Positions 1-10,735 of a stretch of 64,000 nucleotides of DNA are shown one piece after another. The number at the start of each line of letters is the position of its first letter. Within the stretch, counting starts at the first letter, position 1. This stretch comes from Bdellovibrio sp. (GTDB taxonomy: Bacteria; Bdellovibrionota; Bdellovibrionia; Bdellovibrionales; Bdellovibrionaceae): contig JAKFCY010000002.1 in the NCBI GenBank assembly GCA_036676395.1, positions 2,624,001 to 2,688,000 of the forward strand. Direction: 5' to 3'. The translations under genes and the position numbers were made by a program. The notes beneath the pieces were generated by a model. It ran no database searches. It had not been told where the DNA came from and worked only from the letters and a program-made list of their open reading frames with translations.

Positions 1-1
1 A

Positions 2-229
2 GAAAAACAGACATCACAAATGATCGCGCTATCTTTTATTTTTGGCGGAGCCATTGGTAATTATTTAGATCGCATTCAGTACCGCTATGTGGTCGATTTT
101 ATTGATTTTCATTTTTATAACCGCCAAACTTGGCCTGCATTCAATATCGCTGATATGGCGATTGTTTGTGGTGTCGGTGCTCTGGTTTATTTGATTATGA
201 CTGAAAAAGAAACGAAACCTGTAGCGTGA
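2..229 (+). CDS. lspA: Lipoprotein signal peptidase II, 3' part (gene starts before window)
   Basis: [17 protein letters not shown] and WPAFNIAD motifs of signal peptidase II; followed by lgt. Confidence 0.93.
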   Translation, partial: EKQTSQMIALSFIFGGAIGNYLDRIQYRYVVDFIDFHFYNRQTWPAFNIADMAIVCGVGALVYLIMTEKETKPVA

Positions 230-960
230 AACCCATTTTAGATTTTGGTTTTATTCAGATTCCTACATTCTATTTAGTGATTTCGATGTCAGTGACTTTT
301 ATCTTGTTGCTGATTAACGCTGAACTTAACCAAAATTCTAAAATCGACCGTAAGATCACTTTTGATTTAGCTCTGATCATTATGATCACTGGCTTCATCG
401 GCGGCCGATTGGTGCATGTACTTTATGAAGAGTTTGCTTTTTATCAGGAGTTTCCGTTAGAGATTTTTAAATTTTGGAAAGGCGGCTTTGTTTTTTACGG
501 CGGCTTTATTTTAAGTTTAATTTCAGTGATGGCTTATTTAAAATCTAAAAAACAAAACTTTTACGTATGGGCTGACTTTTTAACCCCCTATTTAGCGTTA
601 AGCTATGCCCTAGGGCGCATGGGTTGTTTTTTTGAAGGCTGTTGTTATGGCAGCCACTGTGAACTGCCCTGGGCTATCGCCAACCGCCACCCGACCCAGC
701 TGTATATGGTTGTGGCCGAATTAATTCTGGTTGCAGCGATTATGCTGATCAACAAAAGAAAAAGCTTACCCACAGGCTTAGTCTTTCTAACTTGGGTTTG
801 TGGCCATGCTATTAATCGTTTTGTTATAGAATTTTTTCGCGAAGATGATCGCGGTGCTTTGATTCTGAATTTAAGTATTTCACAATGGTTAAGTGCGCTG
901 TTATTTGTTAGCGCACTTTATATGATAAAAAGATTATTGAACTTCGCCAGAAATCGTTGA
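226..960 (+). CDS. lgt: Prolipoprotein diacylglyceryl transferase
   Basis: Multi-TM protein with [31 protein letters not shown] and RFVIEFFR motifs. Confidence 0.92.
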   Translation: MKPILDFGFIQIPTFYLVISMSVTFILLLINAELNQNSKIDRKITFDLALIIMITGFIGGRLVHVLYEEFAFYQEFPLEIFKFWKGGFVFYGGFILSLISVMAYLKSKKQNFYVWADFLTPYLALSYALGRMGCFFEGCCYGSHCELPWAIANRHPTQLYMVVAELILVAAIMLINKRKSLPTGLVFLTWVCGHAINRFVIEFFREDDRGALILNLSISQWLSALLFVSALYMIKRLLNFARNR

Positions 961-1320
961 AAACACAGTATAACCTGATGGCACGCCACCAACCAATGGT
1001 TGTTGCGCTGTCGCCGGAGTTCCAGAAGCCGAACTACCCTGTTGAAACGTGTCACCCACACTATGAGTTACCGCATACTGTTGTGCACCTGGAGCTTCAC
1101 CATTCGGACATGGGATTTGGCCAACGCCATTACCGCACTGAACAGTCCCGGTCGACGAAGCACTCGAGATTACGCTTGTGCTTGTTTTACCCGGAATAAA
1201 AACCCCGATCTCGTTTGAGATATCTTGAATTAATGATTGATTACCAAACGGCGAACAGGCAGAGACAGCCATCACCGCAAAAACTAACACACCTAAACGA
1301 AAAGTATTTTGTTTTTTCAT
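934..1320 (-). CDS. Hypothetical lipoprotein
   Basis: 128-aa ORF with signal peptide and VSAC lipobox; sigma28-like promoter just upstream. Confidence 0.7.
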   Translation of the reverse strand: MKKQNTFRLGVLVFAVMAVSACSPFGNQSLIQDISNEIGVFIPGKTSTSVISSASSTGTVQCGNGVGQIPCPNGEAPGAQQYAVTHSVGDTFQQGSSASGTPATAQQPLVGGVPSGYTVFSTISGEVQ

Positions 1321-1328
1321 ACAAGACT

Positions 1329-1355
1329 CTATCGGCAGAATCCTGGATTTTATTA
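1329..1355 (-). promoter_or_regulatory. Candidate sigma28 (FliA) promoter
   Basis: Minus strand TAAT-N15-GCCGATAG, ending 8 nt before the ATG at 1320. Confidence 0.6.
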
Positions 1356-1386
1356 AGCCTGCGTCTCAACATGAGACAAACTCTAG

Positions 1387-3222
1387 TTATTCGATCGAGT
1401 AATTTAAGCCAGCGCGAACCACCGGGCCATCTACATAATAACCATAAGTCGTTTGGTATTCTTGACCAAGAATATTCTCGGCCCGGGCAAATAAATTTAA
1501 ATCTGGACGCACTCGATAATTTCCCACGATATGCACCACAGTATAACTTGGGATTGTCGAAGTTAACGTCGCAAACGTAAATGGCGGCGTAAAAGTAAAG
1601 TACTGATCGCGGCGGCTTCCGGTATGAATAATTTCAGTGCCCAATGCAACTTGATCGTTTACATCGTAGTTAGCTTTTAAGGCTGCCGTTCTTAAAGCAC
1701 GGCGCACAAGCCATGTTCCTGTCGAATGATCTTTTGGCTCTTGGTAACCGAATGATAATTGAACTTTTAACGCTTGCTCTTCATTCACATAGTTAAAATA
1801 AGCTTCGGCACCCGTCGTTTCAGTTTTTGCCACGTTTTGGTATTTACTTGGTGATCCTTGCGGGATAATTAAATTTTCATATTCAGAAGAAAATACCGTT
1901 AAAGCACCGCGTGTTTTTTCGGTTAATTGATTTTCAATCGTTGCTGCTGTTGTTGTTACATTTTCTGGTTTTAAATCAGGATTACCGCGTGTTGAGAAAA
2001 ATTGCTGATACAACGAAGGTGATTTAAAGCCTGTTGAGTGTTCAACTTTTAAAGTGTCTGCGTATGAAAAACCCACTTGATAAGTATCAGCAACAGATTT
2101 CATTTTACTAAGTTCTTTGCGAACACCGGCTTCAGTCACAACCTTGTCAGTTACTTTGTAAGCGCCTTTTACAAAAATGCCTTCGTACTCTTGAAAATAA
2201 TCTGCACCGACCACACCCGTTGATTTATAAAATAATTCTTCGTGGTTAAAACTTACACCTGTGTCGATTTTAAACTTTTCAGATTCAAAAGCTTTTACAT
2301 CTAAACGAATAACTTGCAATAAACCTTCATAGACTTCATCTGTTGCTGTGCCGTCACCAGAAATCGCATCTTGTTCGAATTTACGATCAGTCTGTTGTTG
2401 TGAAAATGCCAATGAAAACCTATCTTTTTTACGAACAACTACACCGGCATTTACAGCTTCAGTTTGGGCATCGAAATTTTCAGTATCAAAAGCTACTCCA
2501 GTTGGGCCATCGTAAGTTGAAATTTGGCTTTGATCGTCAGTGTATTGGCCTTTTAATAAAACTTCATATTCAGGCGAAAATAAATCGCGGTGAATATAAG
2601 TTAAATCTACGTTGGTTAAACGTTGCGGGTAAGTTTTCGAAGACCCCTTAGCTGGCGATTTATTATGCGCATCTGAAACTTTGATGTTGCCGGCAAAACC
2701 CTGTACGTCAGTTAATTTCACCTGTTGAGCTAAATTAATTTCGGCAAAACGCTCGCCACCTTGAAGCATAAAATCAGAAGTCGTTTTAATATCTGTCGGA
2801 AAAGTTTCAATTTTAATAACGCCAGCTAGTGCTTGGCCACCGTAAAGCACAGATTGTGAGCCCTTGATAATTTCAATTTTTTTAATCGCGCGTAAATTTA
2901 ATGTCGAAAGATTTACTGTGCGTTGAATTGTTGATGGATCATAAAACGGAATGCCATCGATTAAAAATAACACGTGGCTGGTGTCGCCACCGCGAATATA
3001 AATTGAATTCGGCGTGAAATTTGAACTCGCAACAGCAACGTTAGCCTCAGAAGAAAGCAGAGTTGAAATGTTATTCACATGTGATTTTTTAATTTCTTTT
3101 TCAGTGATAACTACTTTACTTGAAGAGCTAAAGCTTTGATCGGCAACAACCACTTCAATTTCTTGAATGGCTAAGGTTTGAAGGCTAACGAATAAAACTA
3201 ATAATAGACTTGTGATTTTCAT
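1387..3222 (-). CDS. TonB-dependent outer-membrane receptor (BtuB-like)
   Basis: Signal peptide; plug motifs IYIRGG, LFLIDG and IEIIKGSQSVLYGGQALAGVIKI; C-terminal ENILGQEY beta-strand region. Confidence 0.88.
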   Translation of the reverse strand: MKITSLLLVLFVSLQTLAIQEIEVVVADQSFSSSSKVVITEKEIKKSHVNNISTLLSSEANVAVASSNFTPNSIYIRGGDTSHVLFLIDGIPFYDPSTIQRTVNLSTLNLRAIKKIEIIKGSQSVLYGGQALAGVIKIETFPTDIKTTSDFMLQGGERFAEINLAQQVKLTDVQGFAGNIKVSDAHNKSPAKGSSKTYPQRLTNVDLTYIHRDLFSPEYEVLLKGQYTDDQSQISTYDGPTGVAFDTENFDAQTEAVNAGVVVRKKDRFSLAFSQQQTDRKFEQDAISGDGTATDEVYEGLLQVIRLDVKAFESEKFKIDTGVSFNHEELFYKSTGVVGADYFQEYEGIFVKGAYKVTDKVVTEAGVRKELSKMKSVADTYQVGFSYADTLKVEHSTGFKSPSLYQQFFSTRGNPDLKPENVTTTAATIENQLTEKTRGALTVFSSEYENLIIPQGSPSKYQNVAKTETTGAEAYFNYVNEEQALKVQLSFGYQEPKDHSTGTWLVRRALRTAALKANYDVNDQVALGTEIIHTGSRRDQYFTFTPPFTFATLTSTIPSYTVVHIVGNYRVRPDLNLFARAENILGQEYQTTYGYYVDGPVVRAGLNYSIE

Positions 3223-3270
3223 AGAGCGTAGTTTGCACCACGCCCTTAATAAAATGCAATCCTGAAGACG

Positions 3271-5109
3271 CTAGTTCAACTTGTTGGCAACCAATTGATC
3301 AACCACAGATGGATCTAACAAAGTCGATGTGTCACCTAAGCTATCAATTTGATTTTCAGCAATTTTTCTTAAAATACGACGCATGATTTTACCTGAACGA
3401 GTTTTCGGCAATTGTGGTGCCCACTGCAGTTTATCAGGTGTAGCGATCGGCCCGATCAGCTTACGCACATGTTGAACGAGCTCTTGTTTAAGTGTGTCAG
3501 TGCTATCAACGCCATTTTTTAAAGTCACATAAGCATAAATGCCCTGACCTTTGATATCATGCGGGTAACCCACAACTGCAGCTTCGGCTACGCTATGATG
3601 ATCAACCAGTGCTGATTCAATTTCTGCTGTTCCAATACGATGGCCTGACACATTGATCACGTCATCGACACGGCCGGTGATCCAGTAATAGCCATCTTCA
3701 TCGCGCTTACAACCATCACCGGTAAAGTAATATCCCGGATAAGTACTAAAATAAGTTTCTTCAAAACGCTTATGATCTTTATATACCGTACGCATTTGCC
3801 CAGGCCAAGAATCAGCAATCGCCAATACGCCTTCACAAGCTCCCTCTAAAACTTTACCTTCAGGAGATAAAATTATAGCTTCAATACCTGGTAGCGGAAA
3901 AGTCGCTGACCCTGGTTTTGTTTTAGTTTCAGCGGCTAACGGAGAAATTAAAATCCCGCCAGTTTCTGTTTGCCACCAAGTATCTACAACCGGACAGCGA
4001 TTATCGCCGATATTTTCAGAATACCAATGCCAAGCTTCTGGATTAATCGGCTCACCCACCGAACCCAACACGCGTAAAGATTTGCGCGATGTTTTTTTGA
4101 CAGGTTCAGTGCCTTCACGCATCAACGCGCGAATGGCCGTGGGTGCAGTATAAAAAATATTAACCTGATGTTTATCAACCACTTCCCAAAAACGTGATGA
4201 TGTTGGGTAATTTGGAACCCCTTCAAACATCACTGTGGTCGCAGCATTGGCCAGTGGGCCGTAAACGATATAACTATGGCCTGTTACCCAACCCACATCA
4301 GCCGTGCACCAGTAGATTTCATTTTCTTTGTAATCAAAAACTTTTTCATGCGTGTAGCTGACAAAAGCTAAATACCCAGCTGATGTATGCAGTACACCTT
4401 TTGGTTTTCCGGTCGAACCTGAGGTGTACAGAATAAATAACGGGTCTTCAGCATTCATCGTCTCGGGAACACATTCTGCGGATACTGTTTTTAATTCGTC
4501 TTCGTAAGATAAGTCTTTATCTGTGCGCGAAACCGCGCCACCCGTGCGTTTTACGACTAGAACTTTTTCAACAGTTGATACCTTTGTTAAAGCTTCATCG
4601 ACATTTTTTTTCAACGGCACTGTTTTGCCACCGCGATAACCCTCATCAGCTGTAATCACAAATTTAGAATCACAGTCATGAATACGATCTGCTAATGAGC
4701 TCGGCGAAAATCCGCCGAACACCACCGAATGAACGGCTCCGATACGGGCACAGGCAAGCATTACATAAGCAGCTTCTGGAATCATCGGTAAATAAATCGT
4801 GACGAAATCACCTTTTTTTACACCATGCTTTTTTAAGATATTCGCCATACGGCAAACACTAGCGTGTAATTCTTTATACGTGATTTTTTTGGCTTCTTCT
4901 TTAATGTTATCTGGCTCCCAGATAATTGCTACTTTATCAGCATGCTTTGCTAAATGACGATCGATACAATTAGCTGCTACATTTAATTCACCATCGGCGT
5001 ACCATTTGATACTGACTGGCTTTTTAAAAGAGACCTCTTTAAGTTTTGTCCAGGGCTTGATCCAAGTTAAACGCTTCGAAATTTCTGTCCAGTGTTGTTC
5101 GCTATTCAT
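3271..5109 (-). CDS. acs: Acetyl-CoA synthetase
   Basis: [20 protein letters not shown] and [12 protein letters not shown] motifs. Confidence 0.96.
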   Translation of the reverse strand: MNSEQHWTEISKRLTWIKPWTKLKEVSFKKPVSIKWYADGELNVAANCIDRHLAKHADKVAIIWEPDNIKEEAKKITYKELHASVCRMANILKKHGVKKGDFVTIYLPMIPEAAYVMLACARIGAVHSVVFGGFSPSSLADRIHDCDSKFVITADEGYRGGKTVPLKKNVDEALTKVSTVEKVLVVKRTGGAVSRTDKDLSYEDELKTVSAECVPETMNAEDPLFILYTSGSTGKPKGVLHTSAGYLAFVSYTHEKVFDYKENEIYWCTADVGWVTGHSYIVYGPLANAATTVMFEGVPNYPTSSRFWEVVDKHQVNIFYTAPTAIRALMREGTEPVKKTSRKSLRVLGSVGEPINPEAWHWYSENIGDNRCPVVDTWWQTETGGILISPLAAETKTKPGSATFPLPGIEAIILSPEGKVLEGACEGVLAIADSWPGQMRTVYKDHKRFEETYFSTYPGYYFTGDGCKRDEDGYYWITGRVDDVINVSGHRIGTAEIESALVDHHSVAEAAVVGYPHDIKGQGIYAYVTLKNGVDSTDTLKQELVQHVRKLIGPIATPDKLQWAPQLPKTRSGKIMRRILRKIAENQIDSLGDTSTLLDPSVVDQLVANKLN

Positions 5110-5217
5110 GGGTGATCTCCAGTCGCAAAAATCTTAGCTAAAGCCCTGAGAGGGGTCACTTTTTTTATCACAATGGAGCGCGTCTTTTAAGTGACAATCC
5201 TTGTTGAAATAACAGAC

Positions 5218-5236
5218 CTGTCAAATCTGTTGACAG
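5218..5236. promoter_or_regulatory. Operator-like inverted repeat between divergent acs and lipoprotein genes
   Basis: CTGTCAA-atctg-TTGACAG. Confidence 0.4.
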
Positions 5237-5307
5237 CTCAGATCGTATAAATTGTTTAAAAGCTCGGTACACTAATTGTAACTCTTCTGGTTGTCAGAGG
5301 AGTTTTT

Positions 5308-6069
5308 ATGAAACATGTACTTTATGTATTAGGCTTATTAGTAATGGTTGGTGGCTTATCAAGTTGCAAAGGCAACAGTGATGACGGCCAAACGAACTTG
5401 TCATGCCCAGCGGGTACTACATATTACAACGGAGCTTGTTACACTGGTAACGGTGGCTACGTGCAACCTGCAACTTACAATTATCAAAATGGTTTCTACG
5501 CAGATACATATTCTGGAACTTCTTCATTACGTATTGTTAACGGTGCAAAAATGACTGAGTTTTTTAAATATGGAATGGGCGTTTGTGATCGCGCTGGCGG
5601 ATACAACGGTGGCCAGTCTTCATGCCAATCTTATGTTGGTGGTTCAATGGATATGATTATTCAATTTCCTCCAAATGGCGGAAACTCGGTATTAGCTACT
5701 TTCGTTGCACAGCCTCGTTATAATCCTTATTTTAATTACTCAGCGCAATTACCATCTGGTTGGGGTGCTCTAGGTATCGCTTTAGGTTATGTAACTGGTG
5801 TTTTCTTGCCAGATCCTAAACAATACAACGGTGTTTATCGCAATCCATTACAATTAGAATTAGCGGTATCTGCAATTAATAATTCTGCAGGTTTTTCAGC
5901 AAACGGCTACGGTGACTACTGGTCAGGATTAAACAGAACAAAAATTACTATTGAAGTTGCTCAAGGAAAGATCCAAGACAACACATTGCCATTTATCTTT
6001 AAAATCGGCGATATTCCTGCAGCGCAAGGTAGCTTCACTCGTTGCCAACGTCAAAACTGCGGTCTTTAA
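5308..6069 (+). CDS. Hypothetical Cys/Gly/Tyr-rich lipoprotein
   Basis: GAGGAG RBS, LSSC lipobox, 253-aa ORF. Confidence 0.8.
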   Translation: MKHVLYVLGLLVMVGGLSSCKGNSDDGQTNLSCPAGTTYYNGACYTGNGGYVQPATYNYQNGFYADTYSGTSSLRIVNGAKMTEFFKYGMGVCDRAGGYNGGQSSCQSYVGGSMDMIIQFPPNGGNSVLATFVAQPRYNPYFNYSAQLPSGWGALGIALGYVTGVFLPDPKQYNGVYRNPLQLELAVSAINNSAGFSANGYGDYWSGLNRTKITIEVAQGKIQDNTLPFIFKIGDIPAAQGSFTRCQRQNCGL

Positions 6070-6076
6070 TATAAGA

Positions 6077-6322
6077 GTGACAGACAATTCAAATTCATCA
6101 AATGTTAGAAAAGTTAAATGCCCGCAATGCGGGCTTTTAGCGTTGTATTCACCTGAAAATCCAGCTCGTCCATTTTGCTCAGACAGATGCAAACTTATTG
6201 ATCTTGGGGAATGGGCCAGCGAAGGCTATAAAGTCCCCGTTCAAGCCCAAGAATATAACGAAAAAGAACTAGAGCAATTATACGAAGCTTTAAACGACGG
6301 CGAACCAGACGATTCGAAATAG
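6077..6322 (+). CDS. yacG: DNA gyrase inhibitor YacG family zinc-binding protein
   Basis: CPQCG...[16 protein letters not shown] motif; GTG start at 6077 inferred, just after the upstream stop. Confidence 0.88.
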   Translation: MTDNSNSSNVRKVKCPQCGLLALYSPENPARPFCSDRCKLIDLGEWASEGYKVPVQAQEYNEKELEQLYEALNDGEPDDSK

Positions 6323-6357
6323 TTGCAGGTCATAAGCAACAGGAGTAGTCTTTTTTC

Positions 6358-8187
6358 ATGTTTGCTTCGAAAATTCGTAAAATACTGATCGGTGACCCAC
6401 TTCATAACTCTCAACAAGCTCATGAACTTATTCCTAAATGGAAAGCCTTAGCTTTACTTGCATCCGACGCCTTATCATCAATTGCGTACGCGACTGAAGA
6501 GATTATTATTCCGCTGACTTTATCTGGAATCGCTTTTGCGACGACATGGTCTTTACCGATTGCCTTAGGAATTTTAGCGCTGATGACGATCATCACGCTT
6601 TCATACCGCCAAACGATTAAGGCTTATCCAAATGGCGGCGGAGCCTACATCGTTGCCAAAGATAATTTAGGAACTGGTGCCGGCTTAGTCGCAGGTGCGG
6701 CTTTACTGATTGATTACACGTTAACGGTTGCCGTATCGGTTTCTGCAGGTATGGAGAATTTAGTTTCAGCTTTTCCAAGTCTTGCGTCAGTGCAAGTTTT
6801 CGCCGCCGTCTGGATTATTTTATTATTGATGGTTCTAAGTCTTCGTGGCGTTAAAGATTCTGCGACGATATTTGCGATTCCTACTTACTTATTTATTTTT
6901 TCAATTTTCACTTTAATCTTAACGGGCTTAATTAGAGGTCCAGAAGATACAACTATTCACCCGCATGTCGTGGTGATGAATAACATGCCAGAAATCGGAT
7001 TGATTTTACTGTTAAAAGCTTTTTCATCTGGGTGTACGGCTTTAACAGGTATTGAAGCGGTTTCTAACGGGATTCCGCTTTTTCGCCACCCTCAATCTAG
7101 AAATGCCAATCTAACACTAATGATGATGGTTATGATTTTAGGAAGCATGTTCGCCGGAATCACTTATTTAGTAAATTCTTACGACATCGTTAAAATTGAA
7201 GGCGTAACGTTGCTTGCAAGCTTAACTCAGGCTGTTATGGGTAACGGTTTTGGATTTTACTTTATTCAAATTTCAGTTTTCTTAATTTTATTTATGGCGG
7301 CATCAACTGCTTATGCGGATTTTCCACGCTTATCGTCATTACTTGCGATTGATCGATATGCTCCGCGCCAGCTAATCAGCATGGGCGACCGCTTAGTGTT
7401 TTCTAACGGAATCATCGCACTCTCGATGGGAGCAATTGCTTTAGTGATTATCTTTCGTGGACACACACATTCATTAATTCCCCTTTACGCTGTGGGCGTA
7501 TTTTTATCGTTCACTCTTTCTCAGGCCGGCATGGTCGTTCATCACTGGAAACTGCGCGAAAAGGGCTGGAGAGGCTCGATGATCATGAATGTGATCGGAA
7601 CGATTGTTACATTTTGCGTACTGATCGTGATTGGTTCATTCAAATTCACTCATGGCGCCTGGATGGTGATCGTTACGATTCCTGCGATTGTGTATGCGTT
7701 TCACCGCATTCACGTCCATTACGTGATGTTTGCGCGCGAACTTTCACAGTCTCATTACGACATCGTTGACCGCGAAGTGACTGATCACGTGGTCGTGATT
7801 CCTATCTCTGGCCTACATTTGGGCGTTATGAACGCAATCCGTTATGGAAAAAGCATGAGTAAAGATGTGCGCGTTATTTTCGTTAAAACCGATGAAGTTT
7901 CGTTGCAACGCATGAACGAGGCTTGGACAGCGAAATTTCCAGACATGAAGTTACATGTTTTAGATTCTCCGTACCGTTCAATTTCTGCTCCGATTTTAGA
8001 ATTTATTGATCATATTCGTAATGAGAATCCGAGTGAATTTATCACTGTGATTTTTCCTGAATTTGTGACTTACAAATGGTATCACCAACTGCTGCATAAC
8101 CAAACGGCTTGGCTGATCAAGCTTTCATTGATTTACAAAAAAAATGTCATCGTGACGAGCGTGAAATATCATCTTTCAACGACTTAA
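6358..8187 (+). CDS. APC-family permease, KimA/YdaO-like (probable K+ transporter)
   Basis: SDALSSIAYATEE, YPNGGGAY, ALTGIEAVSNG, LIPLYAVGVF and SPYRS/LLHNQ motifs; about 12 TM segments plus a cytosolic tail. Confidence 0.85.
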   Translation: MFASKIRKILIGDPLHNSQQAHELIPKWKALALLASDALSSIAYATEEIIIPLTLSGIAFATTWSLPIALGILALMTIITLSYRQTIKAYPNGGGAYIVAKDNLGTGAGLVAGAALLIDYTLTVAVSVSAGMENLVSAFPSLASVQVFAAVWIILLLMVLSLRGVKDSATIFAIPTYLFIFSIFTLILTGLIRGPEDTTIHPHVVVMNNMPEIGLILLLKAFSSGCTALTGIEAVSNGIPLFRHPQSRNANLTLMMMVMILGSMFAGITYLVNSYDIVKIEGVTLLASLTQAVMGNGFGFYFIQISVFLILFMAASTAYADFPRLSSLLAIDRYAPRQLISMGDRLVFSNGIIALSMGAIALVIIFRGHTHSLIPLYAVGVFLSFTLSQAGMVVHHWKLREKGWRGSMIMNVIGTIVTFCVLIVIGSFKFTHGAWMVIVTIPAIVYAFHRIHVHYVMFARELSQSHYDIVDREVTDHVVVIPISGLHLGVMNAIRYGKSMSKDVRVIFVKTDEVSLQRMNEAWTAKFPDMKLHVLDSPYRSISAPILEFIDHIRNENPSEFITVIFPEFVTYKWYHQLLHNQTAWLIKLSLIYKKNVIVTSVKYHLSTT

Positions 8188-8374
8188 TGGGCGCGCCAAG
8201 CGCGACATAAAAATCGCGCATTAAATTATTGTTAAGAACTAAGTCAAAATTTATTTGTCAAAAATTAATTGACGACAACGACTTTTTGTTTTGTGATGTG
8301 GGCATCACGGAAGATTAACAACAACAGGATGTACTACATCGATCTCAACAAGAGATAACACAACAGGAGTTCAC

Positions 8375-8647
8375 ATGAACAAAGCACAATTAATCGAAAA
8401 AATGGCTACTGAAACTAAAATGTCTAAAGCTCAATGCGAAAACGTAGTAGACTGCTTTATCGCTAACGTTAAAAAAACTGTTAAAAAAGGTGACGACGTT
8501 AAATTAGTTGGTTTCGGTACTTTCACTAAAGCTAAACGTAAAGCTCGCACTGGTCGCAATCCACAAACTGGCAAAGCCATCAAAATTCCTGCTGCTTGGG
8601 CTCCAAAATTCCGCGCTGGCGCTGAATTCAAAGCTTTAGTTAAGTAA
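8375..8647 (+). CDS. hup: HU family nucleoid-associated DNA-binding protein
   Basis: MNKAQLI, GFGTF, RTGRNPQTG and PKFRAG motifs; AGGAG RBS. Confidence 0.95.
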   Translation: MNKAQLIEKMATETKMSKAQCENVVDCFIANVKKTVKKGDDVKLVGFGTFTKAKRKARTGRNPQTGKAIKIPAAWAPKFRAGAEFKALVK

Positions 8648-8680
8648 TTAACTGATCTTTAAATTTCCAAATATAGAATT

Positions 8681-8710
8681 AAGGCTTGGTTGAAAAACCA
8701 AGCCTTTTTT
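8681..8710 (+). terminator. Rho-independent terminator after hup
   Basis: AAGGCTTGGTT-gaaa-AACCAAGCCTT followed by a T run. Confidence 0.85.
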
Positions 8711-8720
8711 ATTTTAAGCA

Positions 8721-9599
8721 CTAAGGTTTAAAACGATCACAAGCAGATACGATATCTGTATCGCTGATGTCCTGACATTGTCCGTTGATTTTAACAGCCC
8801 ACGCTTGAGCCAGGCCTGACAAGCTTTGGCATTGAGTGTAACGATCAACGATCGCAACTAGCGAACCATTACAACTGTCTGATTTATAAATCTCAACGTT
8901 ATTCGATGAAACCGCGCCACGAAGCGAACGACACGCCATTTTCGGAGATGTATCAGCTAAATCTTTACATACTCCACCGATAGTTACTGCCCATGCAGAG
9001 CTATCAGTCGATAAAGATTCACAGTTTGTGTGAGTTGAAATCACCGCAGATAAACTTCCGTTACAACTGTCAGACTTAAATACTCTTAAAGTATTCGGAT
9101 TACCCGCGCCTTTAAAAGTTTCACAAGCTTGCACCGCGTTCATATCTAACGTGTCTGTACATTTACCATTTACTTTAATCGCCCAAACAGCTGCTGCACC
9201 TGAATAAGATTGGCAGTTAGTTCCTGGATTAACGATTCCAACTAGTGAACCGTTACAGCTATCTGATTTAAACATTTCAACCTGGTCACCTGGCTGTGGG
9301 TGTGGTGGTTGGTATGGCGGCGGTTGCGGATGAGTCGGTGGCTGCGCAAGCACTTGGCGCAATAAATTTTCGGCGCGATCAAGACGATCGTTCACATAAC
9401 GAAGTCTTTCTTTTTGATCATTCGTCGTTGCTGTTTGATACAGAATACGAGTTTGTTGGTGAGCTGCTTCAACCTCAGTTAAAGAGTTTTGCACAAGAAT
9501 ATTATCGTTATTTAACATTCCGATATTATGTAATTGTGCTACCGCGAACTGACTGCAAAAAGTACCGATCAAGGCACATGCGATCAACTTAGTTTTCAT
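8721..9599 (-). CDS. Secreted protein with a coiled-coil, a Pro-rich linker and three tandem 4-Cys repeats
   Basis: Signal peptide; KSDSCNGSL...C...WA...G.C.D...AC unit repeated three times. Confidence 0.85.
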   Translation of the reverse strand: MKTKLIACALIGTFCSQFAVAQLHNIGMLNNDNILVQNSLTEVEAAHQQTRILYQTATTNDQKERLRYVNDRLDRAENLLRQVLAQPPTHPQPPPYQPPHPQPGDQVEMFKSDSCNGSLVGIVNPGTNCQSYSGAAAVWAIKVNGKCTDTLDMNAVQACETFKGAGNPNTLRVFKSDSCNGSLSAVISTHTNCESLSTDSSAWAVTIGGVCKDLADTSPKMACRSLRGAVSSNNVEIYKSDSCNGSLVAIVDRYTQCQSLSGLAQAWAVKINGQCQDISDTDIVSACDRFKP

Positions 9600-9769
9600 A
9601 GAATTCCCCCTGGTTTATTTAATCCCCAGCGAAATCTATACCATAATTTATTTAGCTATTATGACACCAGCGATAATTACTGTGTCACAACTCAGTTTCA
9701 CTTGGAATTTTAAGCAGTTAGAGTTCTGGAATTCTTTATCTGTAAACAGAGTAGACAGGCTTTAGGCAT

Positions 9770-9803
9770 AAAAAAAGCCCGGTTATTTCTAACCAGGCTT
9801 TTT
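9770..9803 (-). terminator. Probable (bidirectional) intrinsic terminator downstream of the protease gene
   Basis: AAAAAAGCCcGGTT-atttct-AACCaGGCTTTTT. Confidence 0.7.
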
Positions 9804-9838
9804 GAATATCAATTACTGCGGACTAAAACTCGGCGCGC

Positions 9839-10660
9839 CTACGGCACAACAAAAGATGGAGTTTCAGTTTTTAATAACGCTGCAGTTTCTAAGATGAAAG
9901 TTTCAAACTTAGAAGCATAAGTGTATTCACCGAAGTGATGGCAATCTGGAGCGCCATCATGAGGACCGCGGGTGATACCGTAGACGTATAACACACCATC
10001 TTTTTCTAAGTAAGCTGGGCCACCAGAATCACCGTTACAAGCGCCAGTAGCTTTAGTTTGATCAGTCACTAAGATTGCATCTGCATCTAAGATTTTTGCC
10101 ATTGGCACAGTTACTTTACGTAATGCTTCAGTGTCTTTACCCGTTGTATCGTCAGTTACACCGTAGCCAGCAAGTAACATCGGCATACCTACCGTTAATG
10201 GGTAGTTAGCGCTGATGATAGAAACTGGTTTGTAAGGAGCTGGAGCTGATTTCGCTAATGCGATTAAAGCCACATCGTTAAGTCTGTTCGTTCCGTATTT
10301 TGGGTGAATTTGAAAATCAGCTAATTCGATCATTGTTTCAGGATCTAGCTTGTCGATCACGTTAATTGAAAAAGCCACGCGAATTGAGTTTTTGCTCATA
10401 CCACGCAAACAGTGCGCTGCTGTTAATACTAAATTTGGAGAAATTAAGGTTCCAGTACACATTGCATAGGCGTTGTTACCTTCAATGTATTTTAAAGCTA
10501 CTGTTGAATTAGCAACGATATCACTTGGCTGAACAACTTCGCCGCCAAGAATTTTTGCTGTTTCAGCGTTATTATCGTAAATAGAGCTTACGTTTTTTTG
10601 ACATGCTGTGAAATTTAGAAGTGCAGCTACCGCTAATAATGCAGATATGTTTTTTAACAT
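9839..10660 (-). CDS. Secreted or lipidated trypsin-like S1 serine protease
   Basis: LTAAHC, NDVALI and GDSGGP catalytic triad motifs; FTAC lipobox; ATG at 10660 with GAGGGG RBS. Confidence 0.92.
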   Translation of the reverse strand: MLKNISALLAVAALLNFTACQKNVSSIYDNNAETAKILGGEVVQPSDIVANSTVALKYIEGNNAYAMCTGTLISPNLVLTAAHCLRGMSKNSIRVAFSINVIDKLDPETMIELADFQIHPKYGTNRLNDVALIALAKSAPAPYKPVSIISANYPLTVGMPMLLAGYGVTDDTTGKDTEALRKVTVPMAKILDADAILVTDQTKATGACNGDSGGPAYLEKDGVLYVYGITRGPHDGAPDCHHFGEYTYASKFETFILETAALLKTETPSFVVP

Positions 10661-10735
10661 TGGAATCCCCTCTTGATATTTGAGCCGCAACCTAACAAAA
10701 TCATAGGGTGTCCGTCAGTAAAAAAGAGGTGCCAT

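Noticed and set aside
3223..3270. Cobalamin riboswitch before the BtuB-like receptor
   Set aside because: Only 48 nt of intergenic space and no recognisable B12 box
6323..6357. ydaO (c-di-AMP) riboswitch before the KimA-like gene
   Set aside because: The 35-nt spacer is too short
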